Source of the DNA: Octopus vulgaris
Taxonomy: Eukaryota
Assembly: GCA_951406725.2 (NCBI GenBank)
Contig: OX597827.1
Span: forward strand, 43,028,001 to 43,092,000
Direction of reading: 5' to 3'
Length of the DNA: 64,000 bases
Of the stretch, positions 39,387 through 54,308 are shown piece after piece. The position numbers and the translations under genes are program-made. Below the pieces are notes generated by a model. It was not told where the DNA came from and ran no database searches. It saw only the letters and a list, made by a program, of their open reading frames with translations. Position 1 is the first letter of the stretch. Each line of letters opens with the position of its first letter.

Positions 39387-39642
39387 TTCTCTCTATCCAT
39401 GTCTGTCTGTGTATCTCCCTCTTTCTCTGCCTATCTTTCGATTCATCATGCATTTAGATACGTGGTTTGTTTTGGTTTTTTTTAACCAGGAAAACCCGTG
39501 GCCTGTTTTATTTCTGTGGGACTATCGTCTGCATACGTACATTCACGTTGACAATGTAGTCATACTTTCGAGCTGTTTGATCACGTACGCACGCTCAGTC
39601 AGACGTATACAGATCCAAGTGACTATGTTTGTGTATATATTG

Positions 39643-39701
<59 letters not shown>

Positions 39702-39907
39702 CATACATACAAACTTAGGCATTCTTTATTCATACCTCGAGTGACTTGATGCTCTATATACACTAGATAAATTCATTATATTTCGTGTATATATGTGTGT
39801 ATATATATATATATATAATCACTGCACTTTGACAATTTATAAACACGTGGCAGTATACAACGTAAGCATTGATGGTTGCAAAGCTTATATATATATATAT
39901 ATATATC

Positions 39908-39955
<48 letters not shown>

Positions 39956-40146
39956 TACATACATGTGAGTGTAGATGTATGTTATCGTCTATGGGTGTTG
40001 GCATATGTATGAGTGTATACACGTATTTTTTTTGTGTGTGTATACTTTCATTTATATACCCGTATATTGCATATCATGTGCCCAAAAGCATGTGTGTGCG
40101 CGCGTGTACTTTTTGTCACATGCATTTTTACACAAGCTGCACATTG

Positions 40147-40177
<31 letters not shown>

Positions 40178-40523
40178 CATACAGTGGTTATCACGCTCAC
40201 TTCACACACGAAAGGTCCTGGGTTTGATCCCCACCGGGACCATTGAGGGTTTATACTTTTCACTGGCGGTGCCCCAGTATGGCCACAGACTTAGAGAAAA
40301 GAAGTATATATATATAAAAGAATAGAAGTATATATATTCAAATATTATATATATATATGTACACACATTTATGCGCCACCCCCTCCTCCAAAGTGGCGAG
40401 TACATATGTATCAATGTATGTCAACTTGTACACATGGCATTAACTCTTAACGAACGTCCTTCTGACACTTTACAGTACAAACCACCACCTCAATACCTTA
40501 TCCTCTTACCGACACTCACACTC

Positions 40524-40554
<31 letters not shown>

Positions 40555-43149
40555 CTTACTCATACCACACATTCATCTCTCTCTGCTTCCTAACATCTCT
40601 CCCTATATTACTCATTCTCTCTTTTGCTCTATCTTGTTTTGTTTCTTCTCTCTCTCTCTCTCTCTCCTTTATTTGTATTTGCTCTCTTCTTTTTTCTCTC
40701 TCTCATTTAATCTTTCTTTTCCTCCTCCCACCTTTCACGTAGTCTCTCTTTCTTTCTGTCTTTCCCTTTCTCTCATTGATACTTTATATCTCTTTCTCTC
40801 CCCTTCTGTTACCTTACGTCTCTCCTCCCTTACTCCTCCTCCTCTCTCTCTCATGCACTCGATCCTTCGTATCATTTCCTTCCTTCTCTCTTCTCTTTCC
40901 CTCTTTCTCTCCCTCCCTCCCTCTGACATTTATACTCTTTCATTTCTCATTGTTTCACCGTCATACCCCCTCCCCCGCTCTCATTCACACTTGTCGTGTA
41001 TCATTCTCCCCCCCTCTCTTTCTCTCTCTCTCCTTCTTTCACTCATATTTTCTCTCTTTCTCTACCGTCCACTGTTTTCTTCTTCTTTCTCCCCCTCTGT
41101 CTTATATTTTCTATCTCCGAAATGTCCCCCTCTCATCATTCCTTCTATCACAGCTTATCACTGTGACCACCTATTTAATATTTAAAGGACAAAGATAGAC
41201 AGATAGATAGATAGATAGATAATGAGAAATACAGAGGGAATGTGTCGGGCTGGGGGGATTAGTGCTATGCGTATCTTCTCTGAGTTCAATCCCGGCTCGG
41301 GAGCGGGAGCATGAATTTTCCTTTTTTTTTTCTCATCTTTTTTGCCTTATTATTTATATTTTTTTCATTAGTCGTCTACATAACGAAAAATTTAACTTTT
41401 TCGCGTCTTTCTTGCCAAAACACCGCATGACATTTCTGTTTTAAAATTCTGCTGTCATAAAAAGAAACAAAACCCTTATCATCATATTCTAATAAATTGT
41501 AGACGAATCGATTCAGGGGTGACGGGACCTCAAATAATAAATACCTTGCGCGGTATTGTGTCATGGGGGCTTTGCGTTTTTTTTTTTTTTTTTTTTTTCT
41601 TTCAAATTCAGATCCAACCGAAGTCGATTTTTATAGCTTTGCATTCTTTTAGGGTCGATTAAAATAAAAGTGGTCACTTAAATTTTGAGGTCGTTTATCG
41701 TCATCCGTGTTTAACCTTTCCCTACTCCTAAAAGTTCCAGGTCTTGCCGTCCCATGTTAGAAAAGAATATTGTTTATGAAATCATCGCTATTTTAAATTA
41801 TATTTGTTCACGGCTCTACACACTCTGAGTTCAAATCCAATCGTGGTTGACTTTTTTCTTTCTTCCGGGGTAGACAATAACAAAATAATAATAATAAATA
41901 ATAATAATAACAGATCAGTTAAATACTGGAATTGATGGTTCCGACTCGTCCCTATCCCTTTAAAATTGCTGTTCTTTGTGCCTTAGAAGCCTGACTATTT
42001 TATTCTACGAGCCCGAAAAATTTTCAGAGCTCTTGTGTCTGCTTCGATGTCTGTAAACGATTATTTTAAATAAGACATCCGTGTTCGAATCTTGCCCGCT
42101 CTCGTCTTTTGTCTTTCAAACTCTTTCCTCGGATACCAGTCATGTACTGCGGTCACTTATGCGAACTTTCCTCCACACTCCTCTCCACCAAGACTATATA
42201 CCCCTCATCTTCCATCCACCCCATTTTGCTCGCTTCGCTCTTAGAATCGAAGAATTATTATTTAAAACAGGAGAAAAAAATAATAATAATAACTATAAAC
42301 AATAACAAAAGATGTTGATATTGGTGAGGTAGGGTTTTTGTGATGATGAGGATGCTGAATATGTTGATAAGGATGATGGGTGATGATGGGTTTGGGACTG
42401 AAAAAGCTTAATAACTTGCTGGTTTTAAACGCGCCTAGCAAAACCATGAACCTCACAACACATTTACCCCGCCAAAAAAGAATGTATAAAAATCAACTGT
42501 CATATGTGTGCGCGTGAGCGTGTATATACACGTGTATGTGTGTGTATGTGTGTGTATGTGTGTGTGTGTGTACGGAGTGCGTGTATACGTCGTTGCCGTT
42601 CGTTCGCCAAAGCGTGAAGGCCACATTGAAATCCTATAATAATAATAATAATAATTAATAGTTAGTCATTGCGTTCTACAGAAATAAATAAATAAATAAA
42701 TAAATTATATCATCGTCGCTGTCGTTGTCATTGTTATTGTAATTGTCATCGCTCTCGTCGTCTTTGTCGTCGTCATCACGGTTTGTATGTGTGTGTGTGT
42801 GTGTGTGTGTGTGAGGGGTCCTGGTATTCATTATCATTATCATCATCACCACCACCATCACCATCACCATCACCGTATTATCCTCGTTGTCATTGTTCAC
42901 ACGCATGTCTATTGTTCTTTAGGGTGCAGTAGGAGTTTTGATCCCGTTTGAAAGAAATAAAGGGTTAAGGTTAGAGGGACGACTTCGCAGACAGACAGAA
43001 AAAAGGGGCTCCTTTGTTTGCTGGTGGTGGTCGTCGTCGTAGTAGCCATGGTAGTAGCTGTGATGAGGCTTGGTTCATCGTAGTGGTTGTGATGGTTGGG
43101 TTATACGTACGGTAGGGATCTTTTTGTTCGGGTCGGTTACGCTTGTATT

Positions 43150-43925
43150 GTCAGCTCTTGATCGAACGGAATCCCTCTCCACGATCGGACATTCCAACCA
43201 TGACCATCTCGCACTAAAGTGTTTTGTAAGTCCTTCGACTAAACTACCGTTGTTAGTTGTTTCAGTCAGTTGGGTAAATAAATTGAGGGAGATTTTTGGT
43301 TGCTATTTCTAACAGATCGAGCGTCCACGTAGAGGCATCGCCCCTATGCTCCTCAGCTGGTGGTGGTGATAGTGGTAGTGGCGGTAGTGGTTAATGGTAG
43401 TGTTTGGTATTACGATGGTAAGACACATGCTTCTTGTTTACCCCCTCACAGCTCACGTCCATGTTGGCGCTGAGCGAAGAGCAGACCCGTGATCAAAACC
43501 ATTCCAGCCGTGACCATCATGTCTTTCTGTTATTAAAGGGTTATTGTAGGGTGACTGCGTTATCTTAATGTGTTCGTTCTCTCCTCCTTATCTAACACGG
43601 CCGTGGAGTGGTTGAGGGAGATTTGGCTGCTATTTCAAGCAAGCCGAGTGACCAGAAGCTCCCCTTGTCAGGAGGCTTTGTTTCAGTTGGCGGTATGTCG
43701 ATATATATATATATAACGATGATATATATATATATCGTCGTTATTTTGTTTAGCCCCAGGTAAGACGGTAATCAAGTCGAGAGATCCACGTTTGAAAGAC
43801 GTTCCAGCCAGCCACACACCATCCAACCATTTCGTCCTGTTATGCTTGCTACGTGTGTCCTTCATGGTTTAAATTGTAGGTGAATTTTAGGCTTTTATTT
43901 CTAGCACGTCGAGCGACCAGGTAGT
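43150..43925 (+). repeat. Three consecutive copies of an old dispersed repeat (motif GATTTGGCTGCTATTTCTAGCAGGTCGAGCGACC)
   Basis: The motif and upstream blocks recur diverged at more than 12 sites between 30.9 and 63 kb on both strands. Confidence 0.7.
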
Positions 43926-44413
43926 GTGCTACGACCAGGTCTTCGCGCGCGTGTGTGTGTGTGGGGGGAGAGCAATGAGGTTGGTGGTGGTGGTGGTGGT
44001 AGTTTGAGGTGTTTTTTCATTGTTCTTGCTTAGAACCATGAGCCAGTGTTGTTGTTATTGTTGTTATTGTGGTGGCGGTAGTAGTAGTAGTAGTAGTGGT
44101 AGTGGTGGTGGTAGTAGTGGTAGAGATGAATGTTGTTGCTAGGCACATGTGCATATGTATGAAGCATGTGTTCGTGTGCATGCACATAAGTGTGTATGTG
44201 TGTGTGTGTGTGTGTATGCGTGGGAGCGAATGGGAGGAAGGGAGTGGAGGACGGGTGGGAAGAAGGAATTGTGCGAAGTATGAATGTGTTGTCCCCCAAA
44301 TGTTTTATCCTCTGGGCTTTTTGTTATTATATATATATATATATATACATTTCGTGTGGTGTAAGCCGTGTATAAAGTTCGTTGCAGTTTGCTCCTGAAA
44401 ACTGATGGTCGTC

Positions 44414-44455
<42 letters not shown>

Positions 44456-44475
44456 GGTTTCCGTCAGTTGCAGCG

Positions 44476-44536
<61 letters not shown>

Positions 44537-44675
44537 GTTTTTCTTTTTCTTTTGGGTTTGATGATGAACCGAGCTTCTTAACTGACTTACTCGTTATTTT
44601 AAGTAAACGATGCGTTTGTTAATTTGCGAGATAAAAGAAAAAAAAAAAAGTCTCTCACATACATACATACATACA

Positions 44676-44706
<31 letters not shown>

Positions 44707-44734
44707 GAGCACGTCTAGTTTGCAACTATATATA

Positions 44735-45036
44735 CTCTTTACTCTTTTACTTGTTTCAGTCATTTGACTGCGGCCATGCTGGAGCACCACCGTTTTTTAA
44801 TCGAGCAACTCGACCCCCGGGACTGATTCTTTTGTAAGCCCAGTACTTATTCTATCGGTCTCTTTTGCCGAACCGCTAAGTTACGGGGACATAAACACAC
44901 CAGCATCGGTTGTCAAGCAATGCTAGGGGAATAAACACAGACACACAAACACACACACGCATATATATATATATAATATATATATATACGACGGGCTTCT
45001 TTCAGTTTCCGTCTACCAAATCCACTCACAAGGCTT
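44735..45036 (-). mobile_element. SINE family A, 5'-truncated
   Basis: Tail and body match. Confidence 0.85.
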
Positions 45037-45873
45037 GAGAATACTTACAAATCTGCATACATACATACATACATACATATACACATCTATATAAACATGA
45101 GTGTGTATACATACATGTGAGTACACACACACACACACTCACATATTATGTACCTACATGCATACACGTGTGTATCTATGTTTGTATATACGCTCTTCCA
45201 CGTGCAAGCATGCATATCCATAACTAAGAAAAGGTCCCCCGTCGGTTTTCACGACGAGTATTTCAGTAGTTTGAACGTCTGAGCTAGCTATTCATTGAAC
45301 CTATTGTTTACGCAAGTCAGTGGCCGAGTACTCCGCGCACACATTTCTACTCATAAATACAGTTAGTTATCATTGTGCATAGTCAGTTTGACACGCTGTA
45401 CGTACGACAATGGTGGACGTTTCTTTGAATAAAGGACAGGAGATGATGGACTCAGTCTATCTGACGGGCTTCCGTGTAGTTTCCTTCCAACCCACTTAGT
45501 TTCTGCTCACGAGGTTTGAGCGTGTGGGTGGTTGGTTGGGTGGGCATGGAAAATGAGTAAAAAGCACTTTCTGCTCATGATAGACACACACAAAACGGTG
45601 GTGCTGTCGAAGTCATGGCCGTCGTTGTTGCGAAGAGTTCTCAAGACCCGTCGTCCATGCCTTCTTCTTCGTCTGAGCACTGTGACACTTACGCACACAC
45701 ACACACATACACACTTATATATATACTCACACATGCATGTACACACACGCACACACACACGCGCGCACGTTTTAAAACGGGAGAGCATGTTTTTGTACAT
45801 AAACAGGCTACTGCCTGACATGTCAAACCAGTCTGTGAGTGCGCGCGCGCGTATATGTGTGCTTGTGTTAATG

Positions 45874-45904
<31 letters not shown>

Positions 45905-47394
45905 ATGTGAATGTCGTACTTTATACATATAAAACGGGATATTCATATACATGCATACATACATATATATGCATATATAATATGCTAAATTATAAGGATC
46001 TTTTGGATGCTGCCTAATGAGGAATTAATAACGAATTTTCTCATTGTTTAATTTTTGTTAAATTTATATATATATATATATATATATATTTATGTTTATA
46101 AAATAAGGATATAATCAAATAATAATTATGTCAGTGGCCTAGTGCGTCCGACCTGTGGTTGAAATCGAGGACATGTCTTAGAGGGGATTTTTAGGTATTT
46201 GACATCTACTTCTAGCGTAGGCTGCTGGTCACATCCAGTAGCCCTTAATTATAATTATATTTAACAGTTATGTTTTTTCTAAAAAAACATATATATTTAT
46301 ATATATATATCCACCTTAAATACCTTATCGTCATGTGCGCGTGTATATATATATATATATTGTGTATAATGCTTGGTTATTATCATGGGAATATGTTCAC
46401 ACACACCAGGTATATATACATGCATTTATGTATAGTATATATATATATGTAAATGTGTGTGTGTGTGTGTGTGTGTGTCGAATAATATGTTTATATATCT
46501 GTATAGACGCACGGACGTTCGCGCACGCACAAACCTATTTTGCAAACAAAGCAATCACGTGCTTAACAGCAAAACGTGCTCAAATACATTAAGCGTGTTT
46601 ACATGCAAAATGCATATATGTACCGTGCGCTTAGCGTGCATGTGCTTACGTTGCAGTTTGTTTTTATACTTTTTGCGCATGCACGCACACACACACACAC
46701 ATACATACTTACATGCATACATACATTGTGCCTGAGAGGGAGCGTGTATGTGGTCGTGTTCAACCTGCTGAAAATAGCAGCCAAATCCTTTGGCCACTGG
46801 CTACTCCATATGCCTTAATCTACAATACACGAACAGACACACTCATGTGTTCGTGCTGTTTAGGCTCAGGTCAACACTAATGTAAAAGATCTTTGAGCAA
46901 AGGCGTTCTGGCCGTGACCATTTCGTCTTCTTTTTCTTTTATTTTAGTGGGTTTGGGTGTGGGCAAGGGTTATTGTTAAGGACTGCCTCACCTTATATTC
47001 CGATTTTTCTTCTTCTTTTGAAGACAGTAACAGAATTTGATTTGGGTGTTATTTCTAGCACGCCGAGCGACTACGGTTTGTAGGGGCCGTCTTGGAATTG
47101 CTTCTGTACGCGTTTACGCCCGAATTCGTGTCAATATATTCACGGGTTCCTAGGTGGAGACTGCGTGGCACAAGGTGTAAACTTCCGACCCAGTTTCAGC
47201 TCTTTGTTCGTTCAAGTTCAGCCTACCTGTATATGTGACACTGATGATTACTCTTACGGAAAAGCATGAACACCGACTCTTCCCGTTTCCTGCCACGCCT
47301 TTCCTAATATGCGTGTGCATGTGTGTGTGTATGTGTGTATTGTTGAAGGACTAGTGGCCCATGGAATCATGAATAAGCATGATTTCAAATTTTG

Positions 47395-47596
47395 GCACAA
47401 GGCCTGCAATTTTAGGGGAGCGGGTAAGTCGATTACATCGACCCCATTGTTCAACTAGTACTTATTTTCTCGACCCCTAAAGGAAAAAAGGCAAAGCTAA
47501 ACCGAGCAGTATTCAAGTTTAGCGCGCAAAGAACCGGAAGACATACCATTAAGCATTTTGTCCGACGCACTAAAGTTTCTGACAGCTTGCCACCTA
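47395..47596 (-). mobile_element. SINE family B variant (alternative tail), diverged
   Basis: Head, central domain and GGCCTTGTGCC tail on minus strand. Confidence 0.65.
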
Positions 47597-47956
47597 AGAG
47601 AAAGAAAATTGATATAATTTCGCTTTATTTTGTTGGGGTTAGGGGCCTAATTCTTCGTTGCTGCACTAGGGCCCCATGAATACTTTAAAAACCACCTGGG
47701 TTGCATCAGCGTTGCTCCTTTGCCCTAGCCACGATTCGACCTGGTTAACATCAGACTCTGGTTGGGATAGAGTTTATCTCACATGGCGGATGAGGGACAG
47801 CGAAAGTGGCCGCTGTTTCTCTACAACTAAGCTTATTAACTGCATTTCCAACCCCCAGCCACTCTGTGGAATGTTGTATCTCTGGTGAATATTAAAGAAT
47901 GTTTTGATGGCAATACACTGAAGGCAATAGTTTTTATTTTGATATTTCGGTCAGTC

Positions 47957-48565
47957 AAGGCGGCGAGCTGACGGAAACGTAAAGTACCGCCGGACCAAAT
48001 GCTTAGCGATATTTCGTTTGTCTTTACGTTCTGAGTTCAAATTCCGCCGAGGTCGACTTTGCCTTTCATCCTTTCGGGGTCGATAAATTAAGTACCAGTT
48101 ACGCACTGGGGTCGATCTAATCGACTTAATCCGTTTGTCTGTCCTTGTTCGTCCCCTCTGTGTTTAGCCCATTGTGGGTAGTAAAGAAATAGCTATTTCG
48201 TTTGTCTTTACGTCCTGAGTTCAAATTCCGCCGAGGTCGACTTTGCCTTTCACCCTTTCGGGGTCGATTAAATAAGTACCAGTTACGCACTGGAGGTCGA
48301 TATAATCGACTTAATCCCTTTGTCTGTGCTTGTTAGTCCCCTCTATGCTTCGCCCCTTGTGGGCAATAAAGAAATGAGAAACGTTAGCACGCGAACGAAA
48401 TGCTTAGCGGTATTTCGTTTGCCTTTAAGTTATGAGTTCAAATTCCGCCGAGGTCGACTTTGCCTTTCATCCTTTGAGGGTCGATGAATTAAGTACCAGT
48501 TGCATACTGGGTCAATCTGATCGACTCACCACAAATCTTGGGCGTTGTGCCTATAGTAGAAAATA
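47957..48565 (+). mobile_element. SINE family B trimer
   Basis: Units at 48008, 48192 and 48409; the last unit carries the alternative tail. Confidence 0.85.
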
Positions 48566-48890
48566 ATATTTCTTTCAGTGGTCTGTCTGTATGTATGCAT
48601 GTATGTATTCCTTTATTCTTGTTTCAGTCATTTGACTGCGGCCATGCTGGAGCACCGCGTTTAGTCGTGCAGATCGACTCCAGTTTGTAAGTCTAGTACT
48701 TGAAAACGGCCGAAATGCTGCTTAGAGTTTTTGTCCCGAGTGCTGACGATTCTGTCAACTTGTCACGGTGCTTTCTTTTATTTGTCACAGGGGTATAAAT
48801 GAGGGTGGGGGGCATAACATGGACTGTCGTCAATTTGTGTGCGAAGGAAATGGAAAGGACGGTGAAATGTGGAAAAGTATACAAACGATG

Positions 48891-49290
48891 TGGGCGTGGC
48901 TGTGCGGTAAGCATCTTGCTTCCCAACCACATGGCTCCGGGTTCAGTCCCACTGCGTGGCACCTTGGGCAAGTGTCTTCAACTACAGCCTCGGGCCGACC
49001 AAAGCCTTGTGAGTAGTTTTGGTTGACGGAAACTGAAAGAAGCCCATCGTGTATGTGTGTGTGTGTGTGTGTATTTGTATGTCTGAGTTTGTCCCCCCAA
49101 TATCGCTTGACAACCGATGTTGGTGTGTTTACGTCCCCGTAACTTAGCGGTTTGGCAAAAGAGACCTGTAGGATAAGTGCTAGGCTTACAAAGAATAAGT
49201 CTTGGGGTCGATTTGTTTGACTAAAGGCGGTGCTCCAGCATGGCCACAATCAAATGACCGAAACAAATAAAAGAATAAATAAGTAAAAGA
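48891..49290 (+). mobile_element. SINE family A
   Basis: Full-length match. Confidence 0.88.
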
Positions 49291-50654
49291 ATGCGAATGA
49301 TGCTGTCCTCCTTGTACAGGGGAACCTCTACTTAGGGGCCAATCGAGGAACACCCATAGTTCCAAGATTATCCAAGATTAATCCCCGACAGCGAAAAGCC
49401 CCCTAAAAATTCTAACGTTGGGACCCCAAGGCCAGAGGAATATGCAGAAGGGCGTTGACAGTCGATTGCAACGATCCCACTATTTCGAGTGGTAACTACA
49501 TTTTATCAAACCCTGGAAAGGGGTGAAGGGAAAATAGGCAGAGGAGAGATTTGAACTCAGGACGGAAACGGAATGTCAATCGCAAGGTGTTTTGGCCAGA
49601 GCTCTTATGAATTCTGCAGATCTATAATAAACACATGTTGTACATACATACACACTCACTCATACTGGAATCGGTGGACTGCCGTCACACAAACACGCAC
49701 ACACACGTTAAGCTTATGCGTGTCTACGGAGTGCTCAGCCACTTGTACGTTAACTTCACGAGAGCTGGCTGTTCCGTCGATCGGATCAACTGGAACCCTC
49801 GTCGTCGTCGTGACCGACGGAGCACCAGTATCTACTGTGTATACTTGTATATGTATGTACTTGTGTGTGTGTGTGTGTGTGTGTGTAAGGTCAAAAGGAA
49901 ACAGAAAAAGAAAAGCCTGCATATATTAACCTACATTCGATATATGGATGATACATACATGGACAGCACAACATGGTTCAGTCTATAATAAACACACATG
50001 TGTTTATGCTTGTGTGCACATGTGCAACATGTGGTGATTTTGCCTCGTTCGGGGCACCACCGCTCGGTTGCCTCCTACTCCTCCTCCTCCTCCTCCTCCT
50101 CCTCTCCTTCTCCTCCTCTTTCTACTCCACCTTACATCACCCCCTCCCCTCCTCACTAATCCCTCTATCGTTTCCACTCCCCCACCACCATCCCCTACCC
50201 CCTTGCCCTTCCGTCGACGTTGTTACCCTATTTTTTTTTCTCCCTCTCTTTTCGTTACTCGCCTGCTTTTCGTTTCGTGTAAAACAATAACAACGACTAC
50301 AACGACGACGACGACGACGGCCAACAGCAAACAAAGGAAAAATTAGGAACGGAATTTGTAAACACCAAACATCGGATTACCATCACGACCACCATGGACA
50401 ACCACCACCACCACCTACGTGGTCGTTTCAGTTGTTAGAAATAGCAACTAAGTCTCCCTCAAATCGCAGTCCACGGTTTTAGAAAGTTCCCATTCCCACC
50501 CACACCTGAATAATGTACTCTTCCTGTGCATTATATTTAGGGTTGAGAATAAGACAGGATGGTCATGGCTGGAGAGCCTTATTTGATAGGTTTGTTTAAT
50601 CTTACGGGGCTTGATAACGACCATAGCATTCGCAACAACAACAATTTTCTACGC

Positions 50655-50778
50655 CAGTCATAAGCAACCTGCGGCTCGCGGGACTTGGCTGAATCGTATG
50701 CTTAACGAAAAATTACCTTGAATTTTTTTTTTTTGCGGCCCGCTTGGCCCGCTTCTCGGAAAAGGTTGCCCATGCCTG
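50655..50778. mobile_element. Small hAT-like MITE (second copy 60426-60602)
   Basis: Termini CAG(T/G)CAT(GG)GCAACC...GGTTGCCCATGCCTG with subterminal GCGGCCC repeats; TSD not preserved. Confidence 0.6.
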
Positions 50779-51141
50779 GTCTGCACGACTTGCTTAGAAA
50801 CAGCAGCCAAAAATCTTAGTTGAAATCCTCGTTCACCCCCCCCCCCACTCCCCACCACCCTCGACCACTAAATAAGGAAAGAAGGACATAGCTGCTGACA
50901 GTGTGAGAGCTAATTACCGCCTCAAAAGACAAGGTGGTCACGACTGGATCGCGCTTGATTACTATTCCATTCTGGTGGACCCCGATAGCTATTCGATTTT
51001 TAAAAACTAGTCTCATAGAAACTTCTTTCGGAATCCCTATTTTGCTTTTTCACTCAATAACTTGTGTAGGGTGAACTACGTAAAATGTTAGAGAAAGAAA
51101 CCTCGCTGTTTTTTGCAATACATAGCAATACATACATCTAA

Positions 51142-51450
51142 GTGTAGAAGTACATAGCCTAGTGGTTAGAGCAGCGGACTCGCGGTCGAGGGATCGCGGG
51201 TTCGAATCTCAGACCGGGCGATGTGTGTGTTTATGAGCGAAACACCTACGCTCCATGCGGCTCCGGCAGAAGGTAATGGCGAACTTCTGCTGACTCTTTC
51301 GCCACAACTTGCTCTCACTCTTTCCTCCTGCATCTTGCAGCTCACCTGTGACGGACCGGTGTCCCGTCCAGGTGGGGAACCTATACGCCAGGAAAACCGG
51401 GAAATCGGCCCTATGCTCCACAAGGGGCAAAAAGGATTAAGAAGAAGAAG
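51142..51450 (+). mobile_element. tRNA-derived SINE family D with (AAG)n tail
   Basis: A box TAGCCTAGTGG, B box GGTTCGAATC; 12-bp TSD ACATACATCTAA (51130-51141 / 51451-51462); nested in a hAT MITE remnant. Confidence 0.88.
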
Positions 51451-52786
51451 ACATACATCTAAAGCGAAGGTTTTTCAGGGGCCCTTAAAATACTACTGTT
51501 GTCAATTTACGATTTTGTTGCATGGATCCCGAAAAATCTTATATGGACTCCCAGGAGCCATATGGGCCCCGGTTGAGAACCAGTGCACTAGGTGGTCGTC
51601 ACGACTGGAACGGGGTCCATTTAATCGACTAAACTCCGCATTCTTCACCCTTCACCCCCACCCCACAAAATTACGGTCTTGTTCCTCTGTCATGAATTAT
51701 TATTTTCTACCCTAAGCTCAAGGCCCGCAATTTGGGGGGAGGTGCTCTGTCAGCTCGCTGCTTTTTTGTGATGAATTATTAAGCGAATCACTAAAGCGCC
51801 GGACAAAATACTTTACCGTTATTTGCTCGGTTCCGGCTCTTTGCGTCACGAGTTCAAATCTCCTAAAGTCGGTCGGTCAGTGCAGCAACGGGTAGGATAT
51901 TTTGCAATGACTAAGTTTCGTCGAGATCAAATCACATAGCGACCTATTTCGCGTCCGGCACTTCCGGGTTGTTCATGATAAGCGAAACAAGTACCAAGAT
52001 TTTAATATGGTAGAATCAGTTACATACCTGACGCACCAGCAACACCTGTGTGCAACCCACCTAAATTATTAATTATCATCTCCTCCCTCCCTTTCCCCTC
52101 ACTCTCTCTCCATCCCCTTCTCAGTCTGCAAGCATGGCTGTGTGCTAAGAAGTTTGCTTCCCAACCACATGGCTTGGAGTTCAGTCCGACTGCATGGCAA
52201 TTAGGACAAGTGTCCCCCTACCTTAGCATCGTGTCTACCAAAAAAGCCTAAAAGCCTTGTGTTCCGGATCTGGCTGACGGAAACTGAAACAAGTGCGGCA
52301 ATCCTTTGGATTAACTATGTGTGTGTGTGTAGTCTGTGTGTGTACAGTGTGGAAAGTAACAATGAAAAAAAATAACAAAGACAAAATATTTTAACGCCTA
52401 AAAGGAATAGAAAGTCATGTAACGTTTCGGATGTAAGTTCTTCATCAGCGAGGGAGGAGAGAACAAACGGAAAGAAAAGCTATTAGTGAAACAGATTTTT
52501 GCTCTGTCGTCCTTCGTACGCTTCGCCTTACTTCTTTCCAACGTGACTGAAAATTGTATTGCACACGCACATACACATGCCTATTGATAGTGGAATGTTT
52601 ATTATAACCAGAGATAATGTTATCAAACAAATCTTTGTTATCTAATTAAAATGTTCGTTCGTCAGCCGTTTATTGTTATCGCTTAGGCTTCGTCCCAAAA
52701 GTGCTCTTCAAAACAAGCGCGCACAGACCGTACCTTTACTGTTGTGATGTTACCTACAACCACCACCACCACCACCACCTCTACGT

Positions 52787-52825
<39 letters not shown>

Positions 52826-53318
52826 CACTACTGCTGCTGCCGCCACCGTCGCAGACACCACGTCTGTTTCTGTTGACTAATTCTTGCCCGAGTTTTACTC
52901 ATACACTATGCCATCCATCATCGCATGCTTCTTTGCACATGTGAGTGTGTGTACTACATATATATATATATATATATATAAACATGTGAGTGATTGTGTA
53001 TGCATGTGAACTTATAAGGTGATTGTGTGTGGTGCATCCAAACGGATATATATGCTGTATAATTGTGTGTGTGTGTGTGTGTATGTATCTGTATGTATAT
53101 ATATATATGATCTCTTGAGCACCACCAGCTTAAATATTTTTTTCCTCTGTCTTCCCTTCTTGGGATCTTTCCTTCTCCTTGTTTCCGACGAAGAGCTCCG
53201 CTCGAAACGTCAAACCCTCCTTCTTCCCTTCTTTCCTGAGCGTCAAATAATACTTTAATTGTTCCACGTCCTCGTGTTGCTGTGTTTTTTTTCTGTGTTT
53301 TCTTGTTTGGATTAACTT

Positions 53319-53419
<101 letters not shown>

Positions 53420-54170
53420 CATCTGGCTTTCGTTATTTATTTCTGTCTTGCGAGTGAAGGAGAGCATTCCTCAAGTGCTGCAGTGTTAAAATGATATCAT
53501 TTATCATATATGCATAATGTATATATATGTGGATGTGGATGTATGTATTGATACGTTCAACACAAGATGTGTATGTGCGTGTGAGTGTGTGTATGTGTGT
53601 GTGAGTGTGTATGTTTACCTATAAGACTTATTCTTATAAACGATTGCATTCGTATCGCTTAACACGCTCTCTCTCTCTCTCTCTCTCATAATCACACGCA
53701 CGCACACACACACATGATTGTATGTGGGTTTTTTTTGGGGGGAGAGGGGGTTAGTTCCTCACGTGATCCTTACATGACATCCATCCATGCTGTGTCTATT
53801 CTCCCCCCCCCAACCATTCTCCATCTATTTTTTTTTTCATTCTTCGAAGTCTTTCGTGAAATTTGCTTCCGTTACAACATTTATAAAGGTTTAACTAATT
53901 ATTGTTTTTTTATTTTTTATTTTTGTCTGAGCGACCGTTTACCACTTTAAAAACTATTAAACCACTACCATACCACCACCACCACTACAACAATCGCCAG
54001 TTTTTTTGGGGGGTAGTGTGGGGTGGTTTTATTTCGAGAATTTTAGGAAAAAAAATAAAAGTAAATGAGTGGAAATCGAATCGGTGAGTGTGTCAAGTAA
54101 TATGGCATTAAAACAGAATAATTCTCCCCGGACACAATTGATTAAACCTCGCCAAGTTAAATATTTCAAT

Positions 54171-54232
54171 CACCTGAAGAATGACTGTAACTCGAATTTT
54201 ACGAATTGGACAGCCATGAAACGATCGTAGTG
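54171..54232 (+). ncRNA. Minimal type-I hammerhead ribozyme motif in a Penelope-like remnant
   Basis: Stem I CAC/GTG; CTGAAGA; stem II ATGACTGT/ACAGCCAT (7/8 paired); GAAA; stem III C-GATC-G within palindrome ACGATCGT; GTA cleavage triplet (after 54229). Confidence 0.75.
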
Positions 54233-54308
54233 TTATACTAATTATCTTTTTTTTTAATAATTTTAATATATATTTAAAATAATATAAATTAATTAATCTT
54301 ATATATAT

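Noticed and set aside
47957-48565. CRISPR-like periodic repeats
   Set aside because: Units are 184-bp SINE bodies with no unique spacers; eukaryotic context.
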